Below, piece by piece: positions 21,715 to 33,150 of a DNA stretch of 64,000 nt. Below the pieces are notes generated by a model, which made no database searches, had not been told where the DNA came from, and saw only the letters and a program-made list of their open reading frames with translations. How positions within the stretch are numbered: position 1 is the stretch's first letter; every line of letters begins with the position of its first letter. The translations under genes were made by a program, and so were the position numbers. This stretch comes from an uncultured Thermoleophilia bacterium (GTDB lineage: Bacteria > Actinomycetota > Thermoleophilia > UBA2241), in NCBI GenBank assembly GCA_963715985.1, contig CAVQSP010000011.1, forward strand, positions 576,001 through 640,000. The letters are read 5' to 3'.

Positions 21715-22561
21715 CGTCGTCTCCGATCGCCCGCCGGGCTCCCGGCGTGTCCTCGTCTCAGGATCGACAGCAGGAACGAATCGATCGGCCGCCAGGTGAT
21801 GAGCAGCGAGAGCACCCCGTACGTGAACAGCAGGCTGCAGAGCGCCGTGACCAGGGGCAGGAACCCGGCGATCACGGCGGCGAGCGTGAAGACGAGGACG
21901 ACCAGCGCGATGGGAATGCCGATTGACTCGGCCCGCTCCACATCGGCGTTCTCCACCTCGGTGAGGTCGTTGGACGATTGCGAGTACCCGGTCATGTAGG
22001 CCTCGATCGCCGCCGAAGCCACAGCATCCTTGACCAGTCCTGCAGTTCGGCCGAGCGGTCGGCGCGCTGCCGGTCGTCGCCGTTCAGGCCCATCGTGGCG
22101 TAGGCCGCCGTCTTGTCCTTGGAGGTCTGGCTCTCCGCCCCGACGTCGAGCGGGCTGACCACGGCCACGACCCAGGTCTTCTTCTTGACGGCCTTGACGA
22201 CGCGGTCGATCGCGTCCTTGTACTCCTTGTCGGTGACCTTCAGCCCGTCCGAGGCGAAGACGATGATGTCCTGCTCGGCGCCGGCCGCCGTGAAGTCCGA
22301 CTGGATGATGTCGGTGACCTTGGCCGAGTCAGACCCGGTGACGCTGTAGTCGGGGGCGGACAGGTTCTTGGTAGGGTGCGGCGTGGAGAGCAAGGCCAGC
22401 ACGAGCAGCACGACCCAGAAGCCCAGCACCCACCACTTGTGACGGGCGACCCACCTGCCCCATCTCATCGAGAACGTCGGTCGTGAGCGATGAGGCGGGC
22501 GTCCCCGGTCCGGGGTCGCGTGGGTCGGCTCTGCGTTGTCGCGCGGCTGGTCCTCAGGCAC
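21711..22561 (-). pseudogene. MMPL/RND transporter, 3'-truncated (~280 aa)
   Basis: WGRWVARHKWWVLGFW...GSDS...ADVERAESIGIPIALVVLVFTLAAVIAGFLPL; stops far short of a full MMPL. Confidence 0.7.
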
Positions 22562-22676
22562 CGTTCCCTCCCCGACGGCGTCCCACCGCAGATGGGCCGC
22601 AATGCAGCCCCTCCAGCGGCCCTATCGAAACAGTGGTTCTCGCCCTTCAGGGCGCGAATGCGCGAGCTCCGTTCTG

Positions 22677-23291
22677 TCACTCATGAAAGGCCAGCCTCGC
22701 GACATCGCGCAGGACCTCGACCATGGCCGCCTCGACGCGGTCGTCGGGCTCGGTGTCCAGGCCGACGCCGTGCCGGATGTACCGGCCGAGCAGCGCATAG
22801 CCCACGGTGGCCGAGCTGAGGCAGGCGACGATGATGCGGGGGTCGTGCCGCCCGCGGACGGCCCCGCTCTTGAGCTCCGAGCGAAACCGCTCCAAAAGCC
22901 CGGCCATTGCCGGACTCGTGGCCGGGAGCTCGTCGAACACGCCGTCCAGTGTCGCGCGCGCGAGCGCGGCGATGAACTCCCGCTCCTGGAGCGTGGCGTG
23001 TACGACGGCCGCCGCTCCTTCGACCACGTCCGGGATCTCCTCCACGGTGGCGGCCACATGGCGTTGCGCCCGTTCCATGGCGGCGCGCATCAGATCGTGC
23101 TTCGAGCCGAAGTAGCGGTGGACGAGGGTCGGGTTCACATCGGCCTTGGCGGCGATGTCGCGCACCGTGACACGGCCGGAAGGGCGCTCGGCGAAGAGCG
23201 CCGCCGCCGCGTCGATCAGGGCCTGGCTGACATCCTCGCGCGACCGCCGCGGTCGCCTGCGGCGGGCGGCCGCGTCTTCCCCTGGCTCCAT
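22677..23291 (-). CDS. TetR/AcrR family regulator
   Basis: LIDAAAALFAER..VTVRDIAAKADVNPTLVHRYFGSK. Confidence 0.9.
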   Translation of the reverse strand: MEPGEDAAARRRRPRRSREDVSQALIDAAAALFAERPSGRVTVRDIAAKADVNPTLVHRYFGSKHDLMRAAMERAQRHVAATVEEIPDVVEGAAAVVHATLQEREFIAALARATLDGVFDELPATSPAMAGLLERFRSELKSGAVRGRHDPRIIVACLSSATVGYALLGRYIRHGVGLDTEPDDRVEAAMVEVLRDVARLAFHE

Positions 23292-23597
23292 CGTCTGCTC
23301 CGGCTCCGTCGCGTCGGCAGAAACGAAACGCCCGTCAACGTTGGCATGGTACCACCGTACGGCATAATGTAGTCGTTCGTGTACTTCTCCCGACGCGACC
23401 GCCGTGCGCGCTCGGAGAAGCGCTTCGTGACCGCGGGGGCGAGGTCCCATCGGTGTCGAGGCTGAAGCGACCGGGTGTCTGCTGAAGCGCGGGTCATCGG
23501 CGTCGGCCGTGCACGCGGTGACCAGGTCTTCGCAGGCCTGCCTGGTCACGCCTGGACCGGGCGAGCGCGGGCGCTTCTGAGACGAAGGAGTCTGCAC

Positions 23598-24477
23598 ATG
23601 AAGGACGACGCAACTCTCCCCAGCTGGAACGACGGACCCGCACAGGCCGCCATCCTCGAGTTCGTCCGCTCCGTGACGACACCCGGAGTCTCCTTCGTAC
23701 CTCCTCCCGAACGCATCGCGACGTTCGACAACGACGGCACCCTCTGGTGCGAGAAGCCCCTCTACATCCAAGCCGATTTCGTCTTCCGTCGCTTTATGGA
23801 GATGGTCGCGCGAGGACCCCGAGCGGGCGAACGAGCAGCCGTACAAGGCCGTGGTCGAGGGCGACCGCGAGTGGCTCATGGACATCTACGCGCACGTCCC
23901 CGAGTTGCTCAAGGGCGTGACCGAGGCCTACAAGGGCATCACCGTCGAAGCCTTCGAGGCAGCCGTCTGCGACTTCTTCGAGTCCGCACGCCACCCGACC
24001 CTACAGGTGCCCTACACCCAGGTGACGTACCGGCCGATGCGCGAGCTGATCGCCTTGCTGGCGGCCCACGACTTCCAGGTCTATGTCTGCTCGGCCGGCG
24101 GCCGCGACTTCGTGCGACCGGTGTCGGAACAGCTCTACGGTATCCCGCGGGAGCGCGTCATCGGCTCGGCGACCACACTCGAGTACCGCGACGGCGACCT
24201 GTATCGGGCGGCCGGCGTGGAGCAGCCCATCGACGACGGGCCCGGGAAGCCGGTGCACATCTGGACGCGTACCGGACGCAAGCCGCTGCTCGCCGGCGGC
24301 AACGCCGACGGCGACGTCGCGATGCTGGAGACCGCTCGCTTCGCGCTCCTCGTGCACCACGACGACGAGGAGCGCGAGTTCGCCTACGACGAGGGCGCCG
24401 AGCAGGCGCTCGCCGCCGCCAAAGCTCATGGCTGGACCGTGGTCAGTGTGAAGGAGGACTTCAGGACGGTCTTCTGA
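23598..24477 (+). CDS. HAD-family hydrolase (nonspecific acid phosphatase type; indel near 23810)
   Basis: LPSWNDG...ATFDNDGTLWCEKP...GNADGDVAML...HDDEEREFAY. Confidence 0.9.
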
Positions 24478-24542
24478 CCGACCTGAGCGGTATGGCCGCA
24501 GGAGACCAGCAGCGCACACGAGGACAGGAGGAGTGATGGGAC

Positions 24543-26905
24543 ATGGGTGAGCCATTCAAGGGAGTCATCAACGTCGACATCCGCGACTCGACGCCGGACT
24601 GGGCGCCGTTCGAATCGCCGAAGGCGCCGGACGGGGCGCCCAACGTCGTCTACATCGTGCTCGACGACGTCGGCTTCTCGGCGATGTCGTGCTACGGCGG
24701 CCCGATCCCGACGCCCAACATCGACAAGATCGCCGCCGAGGGCGTGCGCTACACGCAGTGGCACACCACAGCGCTCTGCTCGCCGACCCGCTCCTGCCTG
24801 CTGACCGGGCGCAACCACAGCCGCAACAGCATGGCCTGCATCACCGAGGGCGCGATCGGGTTCCCGAACGGCAGCGGCACGATCCCGCCCGAGAACGGCA
24901 TGCTCTCGGAGATCCTCGGCGAGCTGGGCTGGAACACCTACATGGTCGGCAAGTGGCACCTCTGCCCCACGCACGAGATGAACCTGGCCGCGCCGCGCCG
25001 CAACTGGCCGTCAGCGGCCGCGGCTTCGAGCGCTGGTACGGCTTCCTCGGCGCCGAGACCAACCAGTGGTATCCCGAGCTCGTCTACGACAACCACCCGG
25101 TCGACCAGCCGAAGTCGCCGGAGGAGGGCTACCACCTCACCGAGGACATCACCGACAAGGCGCTCGAGTTCATCAAGGACGCCAAGGCGATCGCCCCGGA
25201 CAAGCCCTTCTTCCTCTACTACGCGCCCGGCGCCTGCCACGCGCCGCACCACGCGCCCCGGGAGTGGATCGACAAGTTCAAGGGCCAGTTCGACATGGGC
25301 TACGAGGCGATGCGCGAGCAGACCCTCGCCCGCCAGAAGGAGATGGGCCTGGTCCCGCCCGACACCGAGCTGCCGCCGGTGAACCCGATCGGCACACCGG
25401 CGACGCACAGGGGACCGAAGGGACAGCCGTTCGCGCAGTACGACGAGACGAAGCCATGGGACACGCTGTCGGAGGGTGAGAAGCGGCTCTTCTCGCGCAT
25501 GGCCGAGGTCTACGCGGGCTTCCTCGCCCACACGGACTACCACATCGGAAGGCTGATCGACTACTTGGAGGAGACCGGGCAGCGCGAGAACACCATCGTC
25601 CTCCTGGTCTCCGACAACGGCGCCAGCGGCGAGGGCGGCCCCGTCGGATCGGTGAACGAGAGCCTGCTCTTCAACGGCATGCCCGACGATCTCGAGACAC
25701 AACCTGGCGATGCTGGACGAGCTGGGCGGCGCCAAGACCTACGGCCACTACCCCAACGGCTGGGCAATGGCCTTCAACACGCCGTTCAAGCTGTGGAAGC
25801 GCTACAACTTCAACGGCGGCACCGCCGACCCGTGCCTCATCTCGTGGCCGGCGGGCATGAAGGCGAAGGGCGAGATCAGGGAGCAGTACCACCACGCGAT
25901 CGACATCGTGCCGACGATCCTCGACTGCCTCGGCGTCGAGGCTCCGGAGACCATCAAGGGCCACGTGCAGAGCCACTTCGACGGCGTCAGCATGCGCTAC
26001 AGCTTCGACGACGCCGACGCGTGAGGGGGCGCGGAAGACGCAGTTCTACTCGATGCTCGGCCAGCGCGGCATCTGGCACGAGGGCTGGAAGGCCGTCACC
26101 ACCCATCCGCCGCTCAGCGGCTGGGGCGAGTTCAACGCCGACGAGTGGGAGCTCTACCACACCGACGTCGACCGCGCGGAGCTGCACGAACCTGGCGGCC
26201 GAGCAGCCCGACAAGGTCCGCGAGCTGGTGAACCTCTGGTTCGCCGAGGCCGGGCGGAACGATGCCTTCCCGCTGGACGACCGCGTCCTGCTCGAGATCG
26301 CGCTCACGGAGCGGCCGCAGCTCTCGGCGCCGCGCGAGAAGTACATCTACTACCCGGACATCGCCGAGGTCCCCGAGAAGCAGTCCGTCAACATCCGCAA
26401 CCGCTCCTACTCCCTCGGCGCGCTCGTCGATATCCCGGCGCCGGGTGCGGAGGGGGTGCTGTTCGCCCACGGCGCGCGCTTCGGCGGGCACGCCCTCTAC
26501 GTGAAGGACGACAGGCTGCACTACGTCTACAGCTTCGTGGGCCTGATGGAGCAGAAGATCGACGCCCTCGAGGACATCCCCACGGGCGAGAATGTGATCC
26601 TGGCCGCGTCCTTCGAGAAAGACGGCGAGGATCCGCCCGGCGTCGCCACCGGCATCCTGTCGCTCTACTACGGCGACAGAAAGGTCGGCGAGGGTCGCAT
26701 CAAGACCCAGCCTGGGGAGTTCGCCATCGCCGGTGAGGGGCTCTGCGTGGGGCGGGACAGCGGCGCCCCCGTCACCGACGACTACCCCGGCGAGTCCCCC
26801 TACCGATTCACCGGGGGCGCCATCAAGCAGGTAAGAGTCAACGTCAGCGGTAAGCCGTACTTCGATCTGGAGCGTGAGGCGCAGGCGATGCTGATGCGCG
26901 AGTGA
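24543..26905 (+). CDS. Cys-type arylsulfatase (several indels)
   Basis: LDDVGF, LCSPTRSCLLTGRN formylglycine motif, GKWHL, SDNGASGEG. Confidence 0.92.
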
Positions 26906-27142
26906 ACGATGTGGAGGGGACGGTAGGCGACGATGTGGTCAGGACAGGAGACACAGACCGTACTCGTGACGTGGCAAGGAAATCGAAGGGCTGAAGTCGC
27001 TCGACCCGTCCAAGTCGAACGCCCAGGAGGACGCCCACGCGCATCGATTGGCGCCGGGCCCACACCGGCTAGGGAAGCGCGGGCCTGTGGGCGCCGCGTC
27101 ACGAGGCCGCCCTGAGCGGCAGAAGACTGGAGGAGGAGGACC

Positions 27143-28255
27143 ATGCACCTCGGTCACACCCACACCGAACCGGCCCACCTGGCTATCCGCCCCGAGGACT
27201 ACACGCGCTTCAAGATCGCCCGGGGCGATATCCAGCCGCACGAGGATGGCCTGCGTCTCGACCCCGCCCCGCCGAGCGAGGAGTGGTGGTACTTCGACTC
27301 GCTCCTGGATGACGGCGCCAAGCTGGCCATCATCTTCTGCACCAAGGAAGGCTCCAGCTCCAAACAGCCCCTGGAGCCGCTCATCGAGATCGACCTTGAC
27401 CTGCCCGACGGGCGCCGGCTGATGAAGTACGGCAAGTTCAAGGCCGACGAGTTCGAGGCCGCCGTGGAGGGCTGCGACACGCGCATCGGGGAGTACTGCT
27501 TCTCCGGCGACCTGCACGAGTATCACATCACGGCCAAGGCCGAGGACGTCTCGGCCGAGGTCCGGCTCGAGGCGACGACGGAGCCTTGGCGCCCGGAGAC
27601 GGGGCACCTCGTCTTCGGCGACGACGAGGAAGCGTTCCTCGCCTGGCTGGTAGCGGTGCCCATGGGCAAGGTGACGGCCACCTACCGGATCGGCTCGGAG
27701 GTCCACGAGAGCACGGGCATGGGCTATCACGACCACAACTGGCTGAACCGGGCCTACTGCGACATGGCGCACATCATCGACCACTGGTACTGGGGACGAG
27801 GGCGCGTGGGTCCCTACTCGTTCGTCTCGGCCTACATCACGTCTGCGAAGAAGTACGGCTACACGACCATCCCGTGGTACATGCTCGCCCGCGACGGCAA
27901 GGTGATCGCTGACGACGGCGCCAAAGTCACTTTCTCGAAGACCGAAAGCGAGACCGACGAACACACCGGCAAGCCGATCCCGGACACGCTGCGCTTCGAG
28001 TACCGCGACGGGGACACGCGCTACGTCCTGTCCTTCACGCGTGAGCGCACGCTCGTGAGTCAGACCCTCATCGACTTCACGACAGGGGTGAAGAAGGTGA
28101 TGGCCGAGATGATCCGGTACCCCGGCGGCTACCTTCGCTTCTCAGGCCCTGTGAAGCTGGACTGTTACGAGGGGGACGAGGTCGTCGAGCACTACGAGGA
28201 GCCCGGATCGTTCGAAGAGACCTACTTCGCGCACCATCTCCACGGCGAACAGTAG
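27143..28255 (+). CDS. CrtC/AttH lipocalin-like protein (carotenoid 1,2-hydratase/Diels-Alderase-like fold)
   Basis: EDGLR..EEWWYFD, GYHDHNW, WYWGRG. Confidence 0.8.
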   Translation: MHLGHTHTEPAHLAIRPEDYTRFKIARGDIQPHEDGLRLDPAPPSEEWWYFDSLLDDGAKLAIIFCTKEGSSSKQPLEPLIEIDLDLPDGRRLMKYGKFKADEFEAAVEGCDTRIGEYCFSGDLHEYHITAKAEDVSAEVRLEATTEPWRPETGHLVFGDDEEAFLAWLVAVPMGKVTATYRIGSEVHESTGMGYHDHNWLNRAYCDMAHIIDHWYWGRGRVGPYSFVSAYITSAKKYGYTTIPWYMLARDGKVIADDGAKVTFSKTESETDEHTGKPIPDTLRFEYRDGDTRYVLSFTRERTLVSQTLIDFTTGVKKVMAEMIRYPGGYLRFSGPVKLDCYEGDEVVEHYEEPGSFEETYFAHHLHGEQ

Positions 28256-28325
28256 GCGCGTATTCGGACCACACGGGCGCTGCGCCGGAGGCTCTCATCC
28301 CGCGGCGACAGAGAGGAGTGAACCC

Positions 28326-29042
28326 ATGGGACGTGCAGGCGAGGCTCACGGCTGGAAGTTCACGCGCAAGGCGGAGCACCACGCGGGCACGCTGACCGCC
28401 GGCTGCATCGCCGGGATGATCTTCGCCGTCCTGTTCGGCATCTGTGCGATCCTCAACCGCACCAGCGTGGGCAGTACCTCGGACAGCAGCGGCGCCTGGC
28501 TGGCCGAGGGCCGGGGGCAGGTGGAGGTCGCCCTCGCACTGCTCCCCTTCGCGGGGATCTTCTTCCTCTGGTTCATCGCCGTGTCCCGGCAGCGCCTCGG
28601 GCGCTACGAGGACCGCTTCATCTCGACGCTCGTCCTCGGCAGCGGGCTGCTGTTCCTCGGGATGGTCTTCGTCGCCGCCGCCCTCGGCGCGGCGATCCTC
28701 GCCAACTACTCGAAGTCGGCCGCCTTTGCCGGCAGCCAGACGTACGTGTACGTCCAGCTCGCGTACTCGCAGCTCTTCGGCGTGTACGCGCTGCGCATGG
28801 CGGCGGTGTTCCTCGTCTGCCAGGCGACGGCGTGGCTGCGGCACGGGCTCATGCCGAAGTGGCTGGCGCTGCCGACCTACGTCGTCGCCCTGGTCCTGCT
28901 GTTCGTCGTGGGCGTGGAGGCGTGGGCCATCCTGATCTTCCCCGTCTGGGTCTTCCTCGTGAGCGCGTATCTGCTCGCGGTCACCGGCCGTGGCGGGGTC
29001 GACGAGGCGGGGGGCACGGAGGCCGTGGGTCCCGACGCCTGA
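28326..29042 (+). CDS. Hypothetical membrane protein
   Basis: About 6 hydrophobic helices, LPFAGIFFLWFI..RLGRYEDRF; GAGGAG RBS. Confidence 0.8.
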   Translation: MGRAGEAHGWKFTRKAEHHAGTLTAGCIAGMIFAVLFGICAILNRTSVGSTSDSSGAWLAEGRGQVEVALALLPFAGIFFLWFIAVSRQRLGRYEDRFISTLVLGSGLLFLGMVFVAAALGAAILANYSKSAAFAGSQTYVYVQLAYSQLFGVYALRMAAVFLVCQATAWLRHGLMPKWLALPTYVVALVLLFVVGVEAWAILIFPVWVFLVSAYLLAVTGRGGVDEAGGTEAVGPDA

Positions 29043-29142
29043 CAGTCCCGCGCGGTCTCAGCCGGCGGGCTGTGTGATGGGCGCGGCGCCCGTCGGCGCT
29101 GCCTCAGGCCAAACAAGGGATCACGACAAGGAGGTAACCCCA

Positions 29143-30256
29143 ATGACCACCGAACCGGCCCGCCAGGCCGACAGGCCCGAGGACTACGCGCACTGGAATC
29201 TCGAGAGACGCCATCATCAACCGTGGGAGGACGGCATACGCATCGACACCGGCGCGCCCAACCTGGAATGGTGGTACATGCGACGCGGATTTGGACAACG
29301 GCACGGGGCTCGCGATGATCTTCGCCACGAAGGATGGCAGCCGGCTTCACCAGCCTTTCCAGCCGCAACTCGAAGATCGACCTGACCCAGCCCGACGGCA
29401 CGAGACTGGTAAGGTCCTGGTACGCCAAGCCCGAAGAGTTCAGCGCATCCAAGGACGGCTGCGACGTCCGGATGGGAGACTATCGCTTCACCGGCGACCT
29501 GCACGAGTACAGGATCACGGCCGGGGCCGATGAGCTCTCGGCCGACATCCGGCTCGAAGGGATCACGGAGTCATGGCGTCCGGAGAGCGGCATTCTGCTC
29601 TTCGGGCCCAATGACGAGCACTTCTTCGGCTGGACGCCGTTCGTGCCCTTCGGCAAGGTGAGGGCCACCTACAGGATCGGCGACGAAGTCCATGAGGCCA
29701 CGGGCCGGGGCTATCACGATCACAACTGGACGAACACCGATCATCGGGCACCTCATCGACCACTGGTGGTGGGCGCGAGGGGAGGTCGGTCCGTACACGT
29801 TCCTCGCGGCGCACATCGTGGCCACGGAGAAGTACGGCTACAAGCCGTTCCACTGGTACATGCTGGCCCGCGACGGCAAGGTGATCGCGGACGACGGGTC
29901 CAAGATGACCTTCACGACGCACGGAGCAGAGATCAACGAGAAGACCGGGAAGCCCGAGCCGGATTCGATCTGCTTCGACTATCAGGACGGAGACACGCGC
30001 TACGAGCTGACCCTCACGCGCCAGAAGACGCTCGTAGCCTACACGTGGGTCGATTTCGCCAAGGGATGGCGAGAAGGAGATGATCAAGCTCATCCGCTAC
30101 CCAGGTGGCTACATGCGTTTCTCGGCGGCCACGAGCTTGAACTGTTACCGGGAAGGCAAGCTCGTCGAGCATCACGAGAAGACGGGGGCGTTCGAGCAGA
30201 TCTTCTACAAGCGTGAGATCCACGAGGAATCGCTGGAGCACGACGCGGCCCGCTAG
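29143..30256 (+). CDS. Second CrtC/AttH-like paralog (indels)
   Basis: WEDGIR..LEWWY, GYHDHNW, WYMLARDGKVIADDG shared with 27143..28255. Confidence 0.8.
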
Positions 30257-30414
30257 CGTTCCCGAGTACCGCCGGCGCGTGGCCGAACACGTATCCATCA
30301 CGCGCCGACGGGAGCCACGACGGCATGGACGGTCCGGAACCGCACCACGCCCTACCGGGGGCATGTTGGCGGCATGTCGGCAGAATGCCAGCCCTTCTGC
30401 CGATTCGGAAGCGA

Positions 30415-30500
30415 TGCTGCCGAACGCCCCAGCACGAAAGCGCCCTGTGCAGCACAGAAGTGGTGCCCCCGGGCTGGATCGAACAGCCGACACCAGGTTT
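30415..30500 (-). repeat. att direct repeat: 40 nt of the tRNA-Arg 3' end plus 46 nt of downstream flank
   Basis: Identical to 37257..37342. Confidence 0.92.
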
Positions 30501-31015
30501 GGGAGACGTGTCGTGCCGCTGGAAACGGCCCCATGCAGCCGCTCCAATGAGCAAGCCGACGCACCGCCGACCAGAGACCTCCGCCTGCCGCCGCGACGCT
30601 CCCGCCCGGCTTGGACCAACGAGCACGGTCCGGCCGCGTACCATCGCCGCTTGGCCTTCACGTCACCAGACAGCTCGCAGTCACCACTGCCAGACGGCTT
30701 TGGCACCATGCAGACGTCAACGCCGCTCCGTGACCGTGAGCTCATCAGCTCCTGACAGACGCCTGGGAGCCTAGGCCGGCAGATGTGGCGTGCACAGCGG
30801 CGTTGGTCGCAATCCGGCGTCGCGTTGCCGGGAGGCTGGCCGTCGAGCCATCCCGACCAGCGGCAACGACGGCGGCGCTTGATACCAGCTTGCCGGGCGC
30901 CATCTGACGAGGGCTTCGCCCCCGGTCCGCCCACCAATCATCGATGCCGAGGTGCGGCATGCACTACGCGGGTGACATCGACGCGCACAACTACGGCCTC
31001 ACGCTCGAGGATCTC

Positions 31016-31870
31016 ATGCTCGAGTCACGGCCCGAGGGCGCCGGCAAGAGGAGTCACCTCCCCGGCGACTACCACGTCCATACCACCTTCTCGGACGGCA
31101 GCGGCAGCGTGGCCGAATGCATCGAGCAGGCGATCGCCGAGGGGCTGCCCGAGATCGGCATCTCCGACCACGTCTCACCGGCGCAGCCGTCGCCGTGGGC
31201 GATGCCCACGATCCCATTTGCGCGGCTCGAGGACTACGTCGCCAAAGTGCGAGATGCCGCAAGCCGCTACGACGAGATCACCGTGCTTCTCGGCGTCGAG
31301 GCCGACCACGCGCCGGAACACGAGGCACAGCTACAGGCGCTGCTCGACGCTTGGCCGTTCGACTACGTCGTCGGCGGCGTGCACGCGGTCGAGGGCTTCG
31401 ACTTCGACGACCCCGACCGAAGGCAAGATCCCCGCTGGTCGGACGCGGATGCACTCCATGGCGCCTACTACCAGGCGGTGCGCCGGGCTGCGGAGTTCGG
31501 GGGCTTCGACGTCATCGCACATCTCGACTACATCGGCTTGTGGGGACACGCGCCCGGTCCCGCCGTGGGCGACGTCATCAGCTCGGCCTTGGACGCGATC
31601 GCCGCCTCGGGCGCCGCCATCGAGCTCAACACAGACAAGTTCAGTGACCCGGCCGGCGTCATGTATCCATCGGACGAGCTGCTCCGTGCCGCGAACCGGC
31701 GGCGAATCCCGCTCGTCATCAGCTCGGACGCGCACGCCGCGGTGCAGGTCGGCCGACTGTGGAACGAGGCCCAGGAGCGCGCCGTCAGAGCTGGATTCCG
31801 CGGGACTCTTCGCCTCTCGGACCGCACGCTCGTGCAACTGCCCCAAGGGCCGCGGCGGGTGACCGGATGA
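31016..31870 (+). CDS. PHP-family histidinol phosphatase (HisJ-like)
   Basis: DYHVHTTFSDG, ISDH, LGVEAD, FDYVVGGVH, AHLD, SSDAH. Confidence 0.9.
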   Translation: MLESRPEGAGKRSHLPGDYHVHTTFSDGSGSVAECIEQAIAEGLPEIGISDHVSPAQPSPWAMPTIPFARLEDYVAKVRDAASRYDEITVLLGVEADHAPEHEAQLQALLDAWPFDYVVGGVHAVEGFDFDDPDRRQDPRWSDADALHGAYYQAVRRAAEFGGFDVIAHLDYIGLWGHAPGPAVGDVISSALDAIAASGAAIELNTDKFSDPAGVMYPSDELLRAANRRRIPLVISSDAHAAVQVGRLWNEAQERAVRAGFRGTLRLSDRTLVQLPQGPRRVTG

Positions 31871-32068
31871 GACAGGGGGTCGACGCTGCCTCGAGCGCGC
31901 AGGGCCCGGACATGGGATGTGCGCACGCCGGGTACCCTACAGCAACGGCGTCAGGGAAGGGACGGAGTCGATGTTGCACGACGCAGCGCATACCTGGCGA
32001 CGGACCGATGCATGGCATCTGGCCTCCCCGGCGACGACTGCCTTCGCTCGCCCCACTCCGTCCCCTCC

Positions 32069-32554
32069 GTGATAGCCCACCTGACAGGCGCGGTCCGTCC
32101 GCACGGCTCTGGCCGGCGCAGCGACGCCGTTCACGCCTGCGCGCACGGCCGCATCTGCGCCGAGGCTGACTGCGACACGCGGCTCTCCATCTACAATCGC
32201 TCGCCCTTCTGTTCGCTCCACGCGGCCGGTCACGAAGACGCGCGGCCCAAGCCGGCCAGCCATCGACCGCTTGAAGAGCACGCCTGTGAGAGGTGCGGCG
32301 ACCTGTTCATGACGAGTAACCCGAAGCGCAGGTACTGCAGCGATCCATGCCGCATGAAGGCGTGGGCGCTCCGCGCGCGAGCCACCGATCGCATCGTCGA
32401 CGAGATGACGGCGAGTCACGAAACCTGTGTCGGCAAGCGGGGCCGGCGAGAGGCCGTCGCTCCGCTGCCGGGAGCACACTGCGACGATCTCTCCCAGTCG
32501 CCTACAGCAGCTGCAGCACGTAGACCCCGCTCAGCACGAGCGCGTACCCGATGA
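32069..32554 (+). CDS. Cys-rich putative zinc-finger protein
   Basis: C-x4-C-x11-C-x2-H followed by CERC...YCSDPCR; start uncertain. Confidence 0.55.
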   Translation: MIAHLTGAVRPHGSGRRSDAVHACAHGRICAEADCDTRLSIYNRSPFCSLHAAGHEDARPKPASHRPLEEHACERCGDLFMTSNPKRRYCSDPCRMKAWALRARATDRIVDEMTASHETCVGKRGRREAVAPLPGAHCDDLSQSPTAAAARRPRSARARTR

Positions 32555-33150
32555 CGGCGTAGAACCAGCGCCCGCCGAGCTTGGGCGTCGCGATCGGAGC
32601 CACGTTGAGGGCGGCGAGCACCATCAAAGCAATGTAGAGGACGATGGCGAAGAACGTCACGCCAACGACGGCTCGAAGACGAAGAGGAGCGCGAGGAGGA
32701 GGACGTCGATGTCGAGCGGCAAGCCCCGATAGGTCCATCGCATCGAGCAGGCCGAAGACGTTGAAGTAGCTCAGCCGGATGGCCCCCGTGGCGAGAATCA
32801 CGAAGGCGCCGGGGACGAAACCAGGGGCTGAAGCGCCCGACGCTCAGGAGCAGCAGCGCGGGCGCGACGCTGAAGCTGACGATATCGATGAGGGAGTCGA
32901 GCTGCGCGCCGAAGGCCCGCTGATCGGCCGTGCGTCCTTTCATGCGCCGCGCGATGAGCCCGTCGCTCCAGTCGCAGACGACCGCCCAGAGCAGCGCTAT
33001 CATGGCCGCCGGGTAGACGCCGCGGATCGCGAAGTAGAGCCCGAGCAGCGCCGCGAGGAGCCCGGCCAGCGAGCACACGTTGGGCAGGTCCCGGGCGAAG
33101 GAGAGCATGGGCTCGGGACCCGACGCCGGACGCGAGACACTCCGGCTCAC
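32502..33150 (-). CDS. CDP-alcohol phosphatidyltransferase (indels)
   Basis: DWSDGLIARR...FGAQLDSLIDIVSFSVAP, RLSYFN. Confidence 0.9.

Noticed and set aside
23333-23367. Run of short palindromes near the TetR promoter
   Set aside because: Each is only 8-12 bp; possibly an operator but too weak to call.
26022-26024. In-frame TGA in the sulfatase as selenocysteine
   Set aside because: Homology resumes in a different frame (EGARKTQFYSML), so it is an indel and not read-through.
30461-30500. Second tRNA-Arg gene
   Set aside because: Only the 3' 40 nt are present; it is the att duplicate.
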